A DNA stretch of 64,000 bases from Spirochaetia bacterium (GTDB lineage Bacteria > Spirochaetota > Spirochaetia > SZUA-6 > Bin103), in the NCBI GenBank assembly GCA_965203905.1, contig CBDBDQ010000005.1:1120001-1184000 (forward strand), in the 5' to 3' direction. A program made the translations under genes and the position numbers. Each line of letters begins with the position of its first letter. Positions within the stretch are counted from its first letter, which is position 1. Below the pieces are notes generated by a model. The model was not told where the DNA came from. It searched no databases and saw only the letters and a list, made by a program, of their open reading frames with translations. Shown piece after piece: positions 19,891 through 28,779 of this stretch.

Positions 19891-22218
19891 TCATCGCTCC
19901 AGCGTCGCCACGAGCCGTGCGCTCGCGGTGAGCTCGGTGATCTCGATGGTCTCGTCATCGTGGCGCCGGTGTGACGCGCCATCCAGCGTCAGCGCCGCGA
20001 TGCGGCGGAGGTCCGGATGCCGCAGGCGCAGGAAGGTGCGGGCAGGCGGGTGGTGCCACTCGACGGCAATGCTGGCACCCAGCCGGCCGGCGCCGCCGGG
20101 ATCGCCGACGCCCGTGCTGGCGATGACCAGGGACACGAATCCGAAGATGGTCGCCGCGCGCTTGACTTCCAGCCTCTGACCCGGCGCCAGCCACTCGCGC
20201 GGCGTAGCCCGACCCAGCCACAGGGTGTCGCCTTCCTCCTGCACCAGCAGCATGCGCACCATGCGCAGGAGCTGCGCCAGCGAGTGCAGGTGCGGTTGCG
20301 GCATCGCGCACCAATCGAAGCGCCTGCTCGCGGGCGTGTAGGGTCCCTCGCCGGTGGTGATCAGCGAGCACTCCGGCGGCGCGAAGGTTCCCTTCGACAT
20401 GCCGTACGCCATCAGGCCGCGGTAGGTGAGCAGGTAGCGGGCGACGCGGTCGTGGCGCAGGTTGGTCAGGGCGTAGCCGTAGACGAAGTGGGCGTCGATG
20501 CCGAGCTCCGCGTGCTCCGCTCCCGGCGCCCGCCGGCGGCTGGGGAAGTTGCCCTGGAACGTGGACAGCCCCAGCACCAGCCCGCCGCGGGCCTCCAGGA
20601 AGTCGGCCACCACCAGCGCCAGTTCGTCGTCGTGCGGGAACAGCTCCGCCTCCAGCATGCGCGGCGCGAGGATGGCGTAGTAGTTGCCCTCGCGGCTGTC
20701 CGGCAGGTAGCCGTAGGCGTGCTCGCGGCCGGGCACCAGCGGCAGAAACGGCTGCGTTCCAGGCTCCAGGGCGCGCCGCATGGAGGCGAGCAGGTCGTCG
20801 CGGTAGGACTGCGCCTCGGCGCGGATGCGGCCGGCCGTGGCCGCGCCGAAGCGGGCCAACGCGGTCGCGGCCTCCTGCAGACCGGCCCAGTTGAGGGCGT
20901 CGGCGAGGTAGTCCTGGGCCACGGTGAGGCTGGCCACCTCGTCGACGCAGTACAGGTGGGCGGGCAGCAGCCCCCAGGTGAGCGGCCGCGACCCGTCGGC
21001 CTCCGGTTGCATGCTCTTGCGGCGCTCCCTGACGATCCACTCGCAGGCCCGCTCCACGTGGGGCAGCACGGTCGCGAACCAGGCGCGGTCGTCGCTCATC
21101 AGGTACAGCCGGCACAGCTCGCGCAACATGCTGCCGTGCTGATGGCTCACCCGCCGCTCGCCGGAGAACATGCCGTCCGGACGCTGCCACGCCAGCACCG
21201 ACGCGGCCACCAGCCGGGCCTCCTCGAAGTCGCCGCGGAACGCGAGCGTGTGCAGGTAGCAGGCGGCGGCGTGGCCGTAGAAGTGCTCGTAGAAGTCGGG
21301 CGCGTCGTGCGGCTCGACGCGCCCCTGCTCGCGCCCGCTCAGCAGCGCGCCGTAGATCGCCCAGGCGCGAAACGCGGCGCAGGTCTCCCGATCCGGGAGC
21401 TCGAGCTGCGCTCCGCGCTGCAGCCAGCCGCGCCAACTGCGCCTCGTGGCGGCCACCACCGCGCCGAACTCGGGGTCGGTGAGCGTGGCCCGCTGCGCCG
21501 GCGCCAGCGGCCGGCGGGCGAGCCGCAGCTCGACGCGGGCGCAGCCACCGGCCGGGACCGCCAGCACGCCCGCCAGGGTGTGGCCGCGCCACTCGGCGGT
21601 GGCGGCGAACGCCGCGTCGCAGGCGGCGATCATGCCGCCCTGATCCCACTCCACGAAGCGACCGTCGCGCACCAGCGCGTGGTCGCCGAAAGCGGCGGCC
21701 TCGGCGGCGCGCGCCTGCTGCAGCGTGAGGGCACGCTCGAAGGCAAAGCCAAGACGGACGCTGGCAGCGGCCCCGTTCGGATTGCATACCTCGAGCCGGG
21801 CCAGCGCCAGCAACGGGCGGTCGGGCGAGAGTTCCTCGCTGTAGCCGACCACGGTCTGCCGCAGCTCCAGGCCGGCGTGGCGCAGCGTGGTCACCACCAC
21901 CGGCAGGTAGCCGTCGAGCAACTCGTGGGTCGGCTCCGCTTCCAGCTCCCGCCACGGCCTCAACTCCTCCCCGAGCGCCATCCGCACCTGGGCGACGCCG
22001 ACGCTGACCAGGGTGCCGTCCCAGCACACGTGGATGCGGTCGCGGTGATGGGCTACCCCGACGATGGTGGAGTGGTAGCGGAGGGGAGGGAACGCCGCCG
22101 CCACCGCGTCCGCGCCCGGATCCTCTCCGGCGGCCGCCGCCCGCTCCAGCTCCGCTACCCGTTGCCGGGTCGGCCGGTCGAGAGACTGCATCAGCCGGTT
22201 GTCCGTTGCCGCGCACAT
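19891..22218 (-). CDS. Six-hairpin glycosidase-like hypothetical protein
   Basis: 775 aa, first gene of the sugar ABC operon. LLDGYLPVV, acidic helical core (WIVRERR..GLLP), LLVQEEGDTLWLGRATPREWL..TIFG. Confidence 0.6.
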   Translation of the reverse strand: MCAATDNRLMQSLDRPTRQRVAELERAAAAGEDPGADAVAAAFPPLRYHSTIVGVAHHRDRIHVCWDGTLVSVGVAQVRMALGEELRPWRELEAEPTHELLDGYLPVVVTTLRHAGLELRQTVVGYSEELSPDRPLLALARLEVCNPNGAAASVRLGFAFERALTLQQARAAEAAAFGDHALVRDGRFVEWDQGGMIAACDAAFAATAEWRGHTLAGVLAVPAGGCARVELRLARRPLAPAQRATLTDPEFGAVVAATRRSWRGWLQRGAQLELPDRETCAAFRAWAIYGALLSGREQGRVEPHDAPDFYEHFYGHAAACYLHTLAFRGDFEEARLVAASVLAWQRPDGMFSGERRVSHQHGSMLRELCRLYLMSDDRAWFATVLPHVERACEWIVRERRKSMQPEADGSRPLTWGLLPAHLYCVDEVASLTVAQDYLADALNWAGLQEAATALARFGAATAGRIRAEAQSYRDDLLASMRRALEPGTQPFLPLVPGREHAYGYLPDSREGNYYAILAPRMLEAELFPHDDELALVVADFLEARGGLVLGLSTFQGNFPSRRRAPGAEHAELGIDAHFVYGYALTNLRHDRVARYLLTYRGLMAYGMSKGTFAPPECSLITTGEGPYTPASRRFDWCAMPQPHLHSLAQLLRMVRMLLVQEEGDTLWLGRATPREWLAPGQRLEVKRAATIFGFVSLVIASTGVGDPGGAGRLGASIAVEWHHPPARTFLRLRHPDLRRIAALTLDGASHRRHDDETIEITELTASARLVATLER

Positions 22219-22374
22219 GCTGCTAGTCGGGGCTGCGGGCGCCGTGGCCCGCGCTCCCTACGGTGGCACACGGCGCGGTTACGGCGCAACCGCCGCTCCT
22301 GAGGATGCGCGGCACTCGCACGCGCGGTGGACGTAAGGTTGGCCTGAGGATATGTTCGGCTGAGGGGTGCGGCG

Positions 22375-23976
22375 GTGCGCAGATTCAACACGGAAGGCCC
22401 GGTCCGGCCCGAACGGCACTACTGCATTCCGCCGCTGGCGCGGCTGGACGACGTGGACCGGGTGCTCGAACTGGTGCACGACATGCGCTACTTCGTGCTG
22501 CACGCGCCCCGGCAGACCGGCAAGACCTCTGCCCTGCTGGCCCTGCGCGACCTCCTGAACAGCGGCGCTGCCGGCGACCTGCACTGTGTGTACGTGAACA
22601 TCGAGCCGGCTCAGGCGCAACGCGAGAACGTGGAGCGGGCCATGCGCGTGATCGTCGGCCAAGTGGCGTCGCGCGCCCGTGCCTCCGGCGACGAGTTCCT
22701 GTACGGCGTCTGGACCGGCATCTTCGCGGCCTTTGGCGACGGTTCCCTGCAGGAGGCGTTGTCGCGCTGGGCCGAGGAGTCGCCCAGGCCCCTGGTGCTG
22801 CTCATCGACGAGATCGACACCCTGGTCGGGGACACCCTGATATCGGTGCTGCGGCAGCTCCGTGCGGGTTACGACCAGCGCCCCGAGCGCTACCCGCAGT
22901 GCGTGGTGCTGTGCGGGGTTCGCGACGTGCGCGACTACCGCATCCGGTCCAGCTCCGGCGAGATCATCACCGGGGGCAGTGCGTTCAACATCAAGGCGGA
23001 GTCGTTGCGGATCGGCGACTTCTCGGAGACCGAGACACGGGCCTTGCTGGCCCAACACACCGAGGAGACCGGCCAGGCGTTCACCGCGGGCGCCAGCGCG
23101 GCGGTGTGGCGGCAGACGCAAGGCCAGCCGTGGCTGGTGAACGCGCTGTGCGAGCGTGCCTGCTTCCGCGGCGAAGCGCGCCGCGACCGCAGCCGTCCGG
23201 TCACGGAGGACACCATCCTCGAAGCGCAGGAGCAACTGATCCTGGCACGCGAGACGCACCTCGACCAGCTTGCCGACAAGCTCGACGAGGACCGGGTGCG
23301 GCGGGTGATCGAGCCGCTGCTGCGGGGCGACGACGAAGGCGAGTTCGCGGCGGCGAACCTGGAACATGCGCGCGACATTGAGTACGTGCGCGACCTGGGC
23401 CTGATCGCCCGCCAGGACCCGGTGCGCATGGCCAACCCGATCTACGCCGAGGTGGTGCCGCGCGAGCTGTCCTACGCAACGCAGGCGCGGCTGGTGCAGG
23501 AGGTGGCGTGGTACGTGCGGCCGGATGGGGACCTGGACGTAAACAAGCTGATGGGAGCGTTCCAGACCTTCTTCCGCGAGCACTCCGAGCATTGGCTGGG
23601 GCGGTTCGACTATCGGGAGGCGGGGCCGCAGCTTCTGTTGCAGGCGTTTCTGCAGCGGCTCGTGAACGGGGGCGGGCGCATCGAGCGCGAGTACGGCCTG
23701 GGGTACGGCCGCACGGACCTGCTGATCGTATGGCCCTTCGGAGCCGGCGAGGTAACCCGGACCGTGATCGAGTGCAAGGTGCTGCACCGGCGCCACGGGT
23801 TGGAGACGACCATCGCGCATGGCCTGGAGCAGACCGCACGGTACATGGACCGCTGCGGCTCGCGGGTGGGGCACCTGGTCATCTTCGACCCGAGCCCCGA
23901 CAAGAGCTGGGACGAGAAGATATATCGGCGGGACGAGAGCTTCGGCGGGAGCTCGATCGTCGTGTGGGGGATGTAG
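22375..23976 (+). CDS. AAA-type ATPase with C-terminal PD-(D/E)xK nuclease
   Basis: RFNTEGP, Walker A HAPRQTGKTS, Walker B LLIDEID, GRTDLLI..VIECK..GLEQTARY. Confidence 0.88.
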   Translation: MRRFNTEGPVRPERHYCIPPLARLDDVDRVLELVHDMRYFVLHAPRQTGKTSALLALRDLLNSGAAGDLHCVYVNIEPAQAQRENVERAMRVIVGQVASRARASGDEFLYGVWTGIFAAFGDGSLQEALSRWAEESPRPLVLLIDEIDTLVGDTLISVLRQLRAGYDQRPERYPQCVVLCGVRDVRDYRIRSSSGEIITGGSAFNIKAESLRIGDFSETETRALLAQHTEETGQAFTAGASAAVWRQTQGQPWLVNALCERACFRGEARRDRSRPVTEDTILEAQEQLILARETHLDQLADKLDEDRVRRVIEPLLRGDDEGEFAAANLEHARDIEYVRDLGLIARQDPVRMANPIYAEVVPRELSYATQARLVQEVAWYVRPDGDLDVNKLMGAFQTFFREHSEHWLGRFDYREAGPQLLLQAFLQRLVNGGGRIEREYGLGYGRTDLLIVWPFGAGEVTRTVIECKVLHRRHGLETTIAHGLEQTARYMDRCGSRVGHLVIFDPSPDKSWDEKIYRRDESFGGSSIVVWGM

Positions 23977-24057
23977 GACCAACGGGGAGACCGGCGTGGC
24001 CGTCGGCCCGCTCGTTGCCACGGCGGAACGCGGAAAGGCCGCGCGGCCGGAGTCAGG

Positions 24058-24543
24058 TCACCCGGTGCTGCCGGCGCGGGGCAACTCCACCACCAGGTAG
24101 GCGCCCTCGCGCGCCACCGGGTAGGTCTCTGCTACGTAGGGGCCCTTGACCATGCCCGGAGCCGGTGCCTCGGGGTCGGCCGGCAACTCCGCACCGTCCA
24201 CCAGCGCCACCTCGTAGCGGCTCACCTTGAGGCGCTCGGGGGCGCACCACGACTGCCCGCTGCGCAAGTGGAACTCCCAGCCGTGCCACGGACAGGCCAC
24301 CACCTCGCGGCTCTCCCGGTACCGGTACTCGCCCGGCAGCGACGACTCCAGCACGCCCCAGAGCTGGCCCTCGCACAGCGCGCCGCCCTGGTGCGGACAG
24401 CGGTTGCGCAGCGCGAAGAACTCGCCGTCCACGTTGAATACGCCGATGGAGCGCCCGGCCACGGTCACGATCTTGCGCTCGCCCGGAGCGATCTCGCCTG
24501 CCGCGGCGACGACGTGGCGCGTGGTCTGTTGCCTACAGCCCAT
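24058..24543 (-). CDS. Rieske [2Fe-2S] ferredoxin
   Basis: NRCPHQGG ... ACPWHGWEF. Confidence 0.92.
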   Translation of the reverse strand: MGCRQQTTRHVVAAAGEIAPGERKIVTVAGRSIGVFNVDGEFFALRNRCPHQGGALCEGQLWGVLESSLPGEYRYRESREVVACPWHGWEFHLRSGQSWCAPERLKVSRYEVALVDGAELPADPEAPAPGMVKGPYVAETYPVAREGAYLVVELPRAGSTG

Positions 24544-25660
24544 ACAGCGCGCGTGCGTTGTGGTACCGGATCCCCGCCTTGAGCTCCTCGGACAGGTTGT
24601 GCGGCAGCACCACGTCGGGATTGTCGCTGTCCCAATGCGGATAGTCGCTCGCCAGCATCAGGTGATCCGCCAGCGTCCCGAACTGCGCCAGCAGACGCTG
24701 GAAGTCGGCCGCGTGCGGCGGCTCCTCGATCGGCTGGGTCGAGAGGTAGAGATGCTCGGCGATGGTCTCGGACGGCAGCCGCGTCACGTGCGGCACCTCG
24801 GCGCGCAGCAGCTTCAAGGCCGCGTCCAGCCGCCACATCAGCGGCGGCACCCACGCGAACCCGCTCTCGATCGAGATCAGCTTGATGCCGAAACGATCGA
24901 ACGCGCCCTCCATCACCAGGCTGGTGACGTTGGCTTGCGCCGCCTGGGCCGCACTGATGTGGTCCTCGATGTAGTAGGAGGCATGGCCGGCGCCGGTAAC
25001 CGGCTGGCCGTAGGCACCGAAGGCGTGGGTGGCGACGTGCAGCCCTTCCTCGGCGCACGCCTCGTAGATCGGCCAGTACCGGCGCCGGCCCATCGGCTCC
25101 ACGTGGCGGCCCTGGAACAACACCTGCACGAAGCGGCGGTCGCGGGCCCGGCGGCGCACCTCGGCGGCGGCCGCCACCGGATCCTCCACCGCCACCATGA
25201 TCGAGGCGCGCAGCCGCGGGTCGCGGTCCAGCCACTCCGCGACCTGCCAGTCGTTGGTGGCCCGCGCCAGGGCCGTGGCCAACTCCAGGTCCCGCGCGAG
25301 ACAGGCGGCCGTCACCGGATTCAGCACCGCCCAGGCAACGCGGTAGGGATCGAGGAAGTGCCGGCGCGTGAACTCCAGCTCCGAGCCGGGACGGCGGCCG
25401 GACGGCGGGCGCGCATCCTCGCGCGGCCCCATGAAACGCGGGTAGTAGCCGCCGTTGGCGGTGCGCAGGCCGAACGTATCGAGATGATCGCGCCAGCGCC
25501 GCGAGAGGTATGGGTACAGGTCCTTGAGGGAGTCGATCTCGTTGTGCAGGTCGCAGTCGATGATCGCGGGTCGCGTCGGCGCGGCTGCCTCGGCGACGGC
25601 TGCCTCGGCGGCGGCTGCGGCCCGCCCATCGATCAGCGCTGCGGTTGCGGTCTGGCTCAT
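24533..25660 (-). CDS. Amidohydrolase-fold protein (probable catalytic subunit of dinuclear oxygenase)
   Basis: DCDLHN, RYWPIY, ATH, SIESG, STQP, ASDYPHWD. GAGGAGG RBS. Confidence 0.9.
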   Translation of the reverse strand: MSQTATAALIDGRAAAAAEAAVAEAAAPTRPAIIDCDLHNEIDSLKDLYPYLSRRWRDHLDTFGLRTANGGYYPRFMGPREDARPPSGRRPGSELEFTRRHFLDPYRVAWAVLNPVTAACLARDLELATALARATNDWQVAEWLDRDPRLRASIMVAVEDPVAAAAEVRRRARDRRFVQVLFQGRHVEPMGRRRYWPIYEACAEEGLHVATHAFGAYGQPVTGAGHASYYIEDHISAAQAAQANVTSLVMEGAFDRFGIKLISIESGFAWVPPLMWRLDAALKLLRAEVPHVTRLPSETIAEHLYLSTQPIEEPPHAADFQRLLAQFGTLADHLMLASDYPHWDSDNPDVVLPHNLSEELKAGIRYHNARALYGL

Positions 25661-25763
25661 GCTATTGCCTCCTCACCCCGGGCCGACCGCCAGCTTGCAT
25701 CGAAACCGGCGCAGTGTTCCAGTAACGATCCCGGCGCCAGTCGGAGCCGGGCAGCGGTGCTAG

Positions 25764-26453
25764 CTACTGGCCGCCGAACAGGCGCTGCGGCACCTGGAAT
25801 ACGGCGATCAGGTAGTAGAGGGAAATCGCGATCATCGCCGCGCCCGCGATGCGGTTGATCGGTGACTTGTAGCGGGTGAGGAAGCCGATCACCGTCCTGC
25901 CGAAGGTCGCGCCGGCCACCGCCAGCACCAGCAGCGGCGTCCCGATGCCGAGGGCGAAGATCACCGAGTTGAGCACGTTGAGACCGAAGTCGCCGACCGA
26001 GAGCGCCAGTTGCTTGGAGAAGAAGGCGCCGATGAAGCCGGGGTTGCAGGGCAGGATGATGAAGGCGAAGAAGGCGCCGTAGCCGAACGCGGCCGCCACG
26101 GGACGGCTGCTGCTCGGCGCCCGCACCACCGGGAACAGGCGGCTGAAGTCGACGTTGGCCAGCAGCAGCGCGCCGATCACCGCCAGCAGCGCGAAGGCGA
26201 TCGGCGAGGCGATGCCGGCGACGCCGGTGAGCGACAGCTCCAGCAGGGTGGAGAACACCAGCCCGATCGCCACCATGCAGGCGACCACGCCGGCCACCAC
26301 CGCCAGGCCGAGCAGCAGCGGAGAGCGCTGGTCGCCCTCCTGCCGGCGGTTGGACAGGAAGGCGATGAAGCCGGGGTAGAGCGGCAGCACGCACACCGCG
26401 GTCAGCGGCGTCGCGAGTCCGAGCAGATAGCTGGCGGCGAGGTTGGCGAGCAA
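25764..26453 (-). CDS. ccdA: Cytochrome c biogenesis CcdA/DsbD-type membrane protein
   Basis: Multiple TM segments with the two conserved cysteines (AVCVLPLYP, LPCNP). Confidence 0.82.
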   Translation of the reverse strand: MLANLAASYLLGLATPLTAVCVLPLYPGFIAFLSNRRQEGDQRSPLLLGLAVVAGVVACMVAIGLVFSTLLELSLTGVAGIASPIAFALLAVIGALLLANVDFSRLFPVVRAPSSSRPVAAAFGYGAFFAFIILPCNPGFIGAFFSKQLALSVGDFGLNVLNSVIFALGIGTPLLVLAVAGATFGRTVIGFLTRYKSPINRIAGAAMIAISLYYLIAVFQVPQRLFGGQ

Positions 26454-26975
26454 TCAGGTCGCCGCAGCAGCGCAGGTGGCCACCTGCTCCTCGAGGAAGT
26501 TCACCCGCTTCACGCCGCGCCGCAGCATCTCGCGGACGTTCTGGTCGGGACAGATCAGCACCATCGGGGCGGACGGCGCATTCAGTATGCCGACACCGAA
26601 CTCCTCCTTCAGGGCGAGGATCAGCTCGACCGGTGCGACCGCGTAGTGCCAGTCGAAGCCGTGGCGCCCAAGGTGTGCGGCGACCTTGGCGCGGTCTTCG
26701 TTGGGGTCGGTGTTGAGAGCAATCGAAACCACCTCGTCGCCCACCTTCTCGTGCAGGGCGCGCACCTGTTTCTGCTGGTTGGTGCAGATCGGACACCAGA
26801 CCGCAAAGCTCTCCAGCAGCACCGGGGTGCCCGCGAACTCGGCAATGGTAAACGACTCACCGGTGCGGACATCGGTCAGCTCGATCGCCAGCCATTCGGC
26901 TGCCGCCTCCTCGTCGGTCGCCCAAGCGGTCGCGGCCAGAACAACAGTCAAGATAATTACAACGGTGGCTCGCAT
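26454..26975 (-). CDS. Exported TlpA-like thioredoxin
   Basis: Signal peptide, FAVWCPIC, NAPS. Adjacent to CcdA. Confidence 0.85.
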   Translation of the reverse strand: MRATVVIILTVVLAATAWATDEEAAAEWLAIELTDVRTGESFTIAEFAGTPVLLESFAVWCPICTNQQKQVRALHEKVGDEVVSIALNTDPNEDRAKVAAHLGRHGFDWHYAVAPVELILALKEEFGVGILNAPSAPMVLICPDQNVREMLRRGVKRVNFLEEQVATCAAAAT

Positions 26976-27063
26976 AAGCTCCTACCCCCTACCGGTCTGA
27001 CGACTCGCAGGAGCGTTGATCTTACGCGGCGATCCGAGCACAGCGAACCACGACGAAGACGGC

Positions 27064-27098
27064 TTGCATCTTGCTGTCATTAGCAGCATACTGCATGC
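27064..27098 (+). promoter_or_regulatory. TA promoter with operator
   Basis: TTGCAT-17-CATACT, 6 nt before ATG. Inverted repeat TGCTG..CAGCA in the spacer, and TGCATGCA palindrome at the start. Confidence 0.6.
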
Positions 27099-27335
27099 AT
27101 GGGGCGGTCAGTTACCATTCGCGATGTGCCCGACGCTGCGTGCGTGGAGCTTGCTTCCCGGGCCGCGGCGTCCGGGCGGTCGCTGCAGGAGTACCTCAGA
27201 ATGCAGCTCATCGAGTTGGCCGGACGCCCCGATCCCGAAGCGCTGGTGGCGCGCATCCGGGAACGCAAGCGGCATACCGGCACCCGGTTGCCGGCGGAGG
27301 CGATCCTCCGTCACCGGAACGCGGACCGGCGATGA
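27099..27335 (+). CDS. FitA-like ribbon-helix-helix antitoxin
   Basis: SVTIRDVPD..LASRAAASGRSLQEYLR. Stop overlaps the toxin ATG. Confidence 0.88.
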   Translation: MGRSVTIRDVPDAACVELASRAAASGRSLQEYLRMQLIELAGRPDPEALVARIRERKRHTGTRLPAEAILRHRNADRR

Positions 27336-27730
27336 GCCTGGTCGCGGACGCCGGGTTCGTCGTGGCGGCCCTGGTGGACGGCGGCAAGGACGGCCTCTGG
27401 GCGGACGAGCTGCTGGCCGGAACCGACCTCGCGGCGCCGCACCTGATGCCGGTGGAAGCTGCCAACATCCTGCGGCGGGCGGCCCTCGCCGGGGATATCT
27501 CGCAGGACGTGGCAGCGTTGGCCCATATCGACCTGCTCGAACTGAGAGTCTCCCTCTTTCCTTATGCCCCCTTGGCCGAACGAGTCTGGGAACTGCGCGG
27601 GAACCTTACGGCCTACGATGCCTGGTACGTGGCCCTGGCGGAGGCCCTGGACTGCGAACTGGCCACCGTCGACCTTCGCCTGTCGCGAGCGCCGGGTTGC
27701 GGATGCGCGTTCCTGACCCCTCCCCGGTAG
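27332..27730 (+). CDS. vapC: PIN-domain toxin
   Basis: LVADAG, APHLMPVEAANILR, NLTAYDAWYVALAE, TVDLRL. Confidence 0.92.
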   Translation: MSLVADAGFVVAALVDGGKDGLWADELLAGTDLAAPHLMPVEAANILRRAALAGDISQDVAALAHIDLLELRVSLFPYAPLAERVWELRGNLTAYDAWYVALAEALDCELATVDLRLSRAPGCGCAFLTPPR

Positions 27731-27748
27731 GGGCCGAGGCCGGCTGCC

Positions 27749-28771
27749 TCACAGCCGGTATAGGGCGCGGGCGTTTTCGCTCCTGATCATCTCCTGCAAT
27801 GAGGGAGTGAGGTGCGGCAGCAGCGCGCTGTCGGGGTCGGCGACGTGGAGGTGGGGGTAGTCGCTGGTGTAGAGCAGCATCTGGTCGCCGCCGAGTTGGT
27901 CGACCACTTCCAGCAGCTGGCTGGCCGCCGGCGGGGCGTCGAGCGGCTGGATCCCCAGGCGCACGTACTCGCGCACGTACTCCGACGGGGGGCGGCGCAC
28001 CCACGGCACCAGCCGGCGCAGGTGCTTCCACTCCTTGTCCATGCGCCAGAGGTGGGCCGGCAGCCAGGTGAAGCCCGACTCCAGGAACGCCACCCGCAGC
28101 CGGGGGAAGGCGTCGAACACGCCCTCGACGATGATGCTGGAGAGCTGGGTGGCGAACACCTGGGCCATGGCCGCGTATTCCTCGATGAAGTAGGAGGGCC
28201 AGCCGGTTGGCGTCGGTGGCATCACCGGGGCGCCGCCGAAGTGAATCCCGGCCACCAGCCCGTGGCGTTCGACGCACTCCCACAGCGGGTGGAACAGCCG
28301 GCTCCCCAGCGGATGCTCGGTGCGCGCGGGAATCAGCACCTGGACGAATCCCGGCCGCTCCGCGACGCGATCGATCTCGGCCGCGGCCAGCGCGGGAATC
28401 TGGATCGGCACCACGATCGAACCACGCAGCCGCGGCTCCGGCTCAAGCCACTCGTGCGTCAGCCAGTCGTTCAGCGCCCGTGCCAGCGCCGCCGCCACGT
28501 CGGGGTTGTGCACGCTGTCCACCGCGTACAGGCAACTGCTGACCGCCACTTCCACCCCGGCGCTGTCGAACAGGTCGGTGCGCAGCCGTTGCAGGCTGCC
28601 GCCGGCCTCGCCGTCACCGCTGATCGGCGCCGCCTTGGGGTAGTAGTACTGGTTGGGTCCCTTGTCGAGGGTCTGGGAGAAGTGCTCGACCCAGTGCGCC
28701 GAAAGGTAGGGGAACAGCTCTTCGATGCGCGGGGTACGGATGTGGACGTCGGCGTCGACGAGCGAACCCAC
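27749..28771 (-). CDS. Amidohydrolase-fold protein (possible partner subunit, AibH1-like)
   Basis: DADVHI, GIHFG, EGVFDAFP, LESG. C-terminal TSDYPHLH has His where the paralogues have Asp. Confidence 0.88.
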   Translation of the reverse strand: MGSLVDADVHIRTPRIEELFPYLSAHWVEHFSQTLDKGPNQYYYPKAAPISGDGEAGGSLQRLRTDLFDSAGVEVAVSSCLYAVDSVHNPDVAAALARALNDWLTHEWLEPEPRLRGSIVVPIQIPALAAAEIDRVAERPGFVQVLIPARTEHPLGSRLFHPLWECVERHGLVAGIHFGGAPVMPPTPTGWPSYFIEEYAAMAQVFATQLSSIIVEGVFDAFPRLRVAFLESGFTWLPAHLWRMDKEWKHLRRLVPWVRRPPSEYVREYVRLGIQPLDAPPAASQLLEVVDQLGGDQMLLYTSDYPHLHVADPDSALLPHLTPSLQEMIRSENARALYRL

Positions 28772-28779
28772 GAGCGCGT

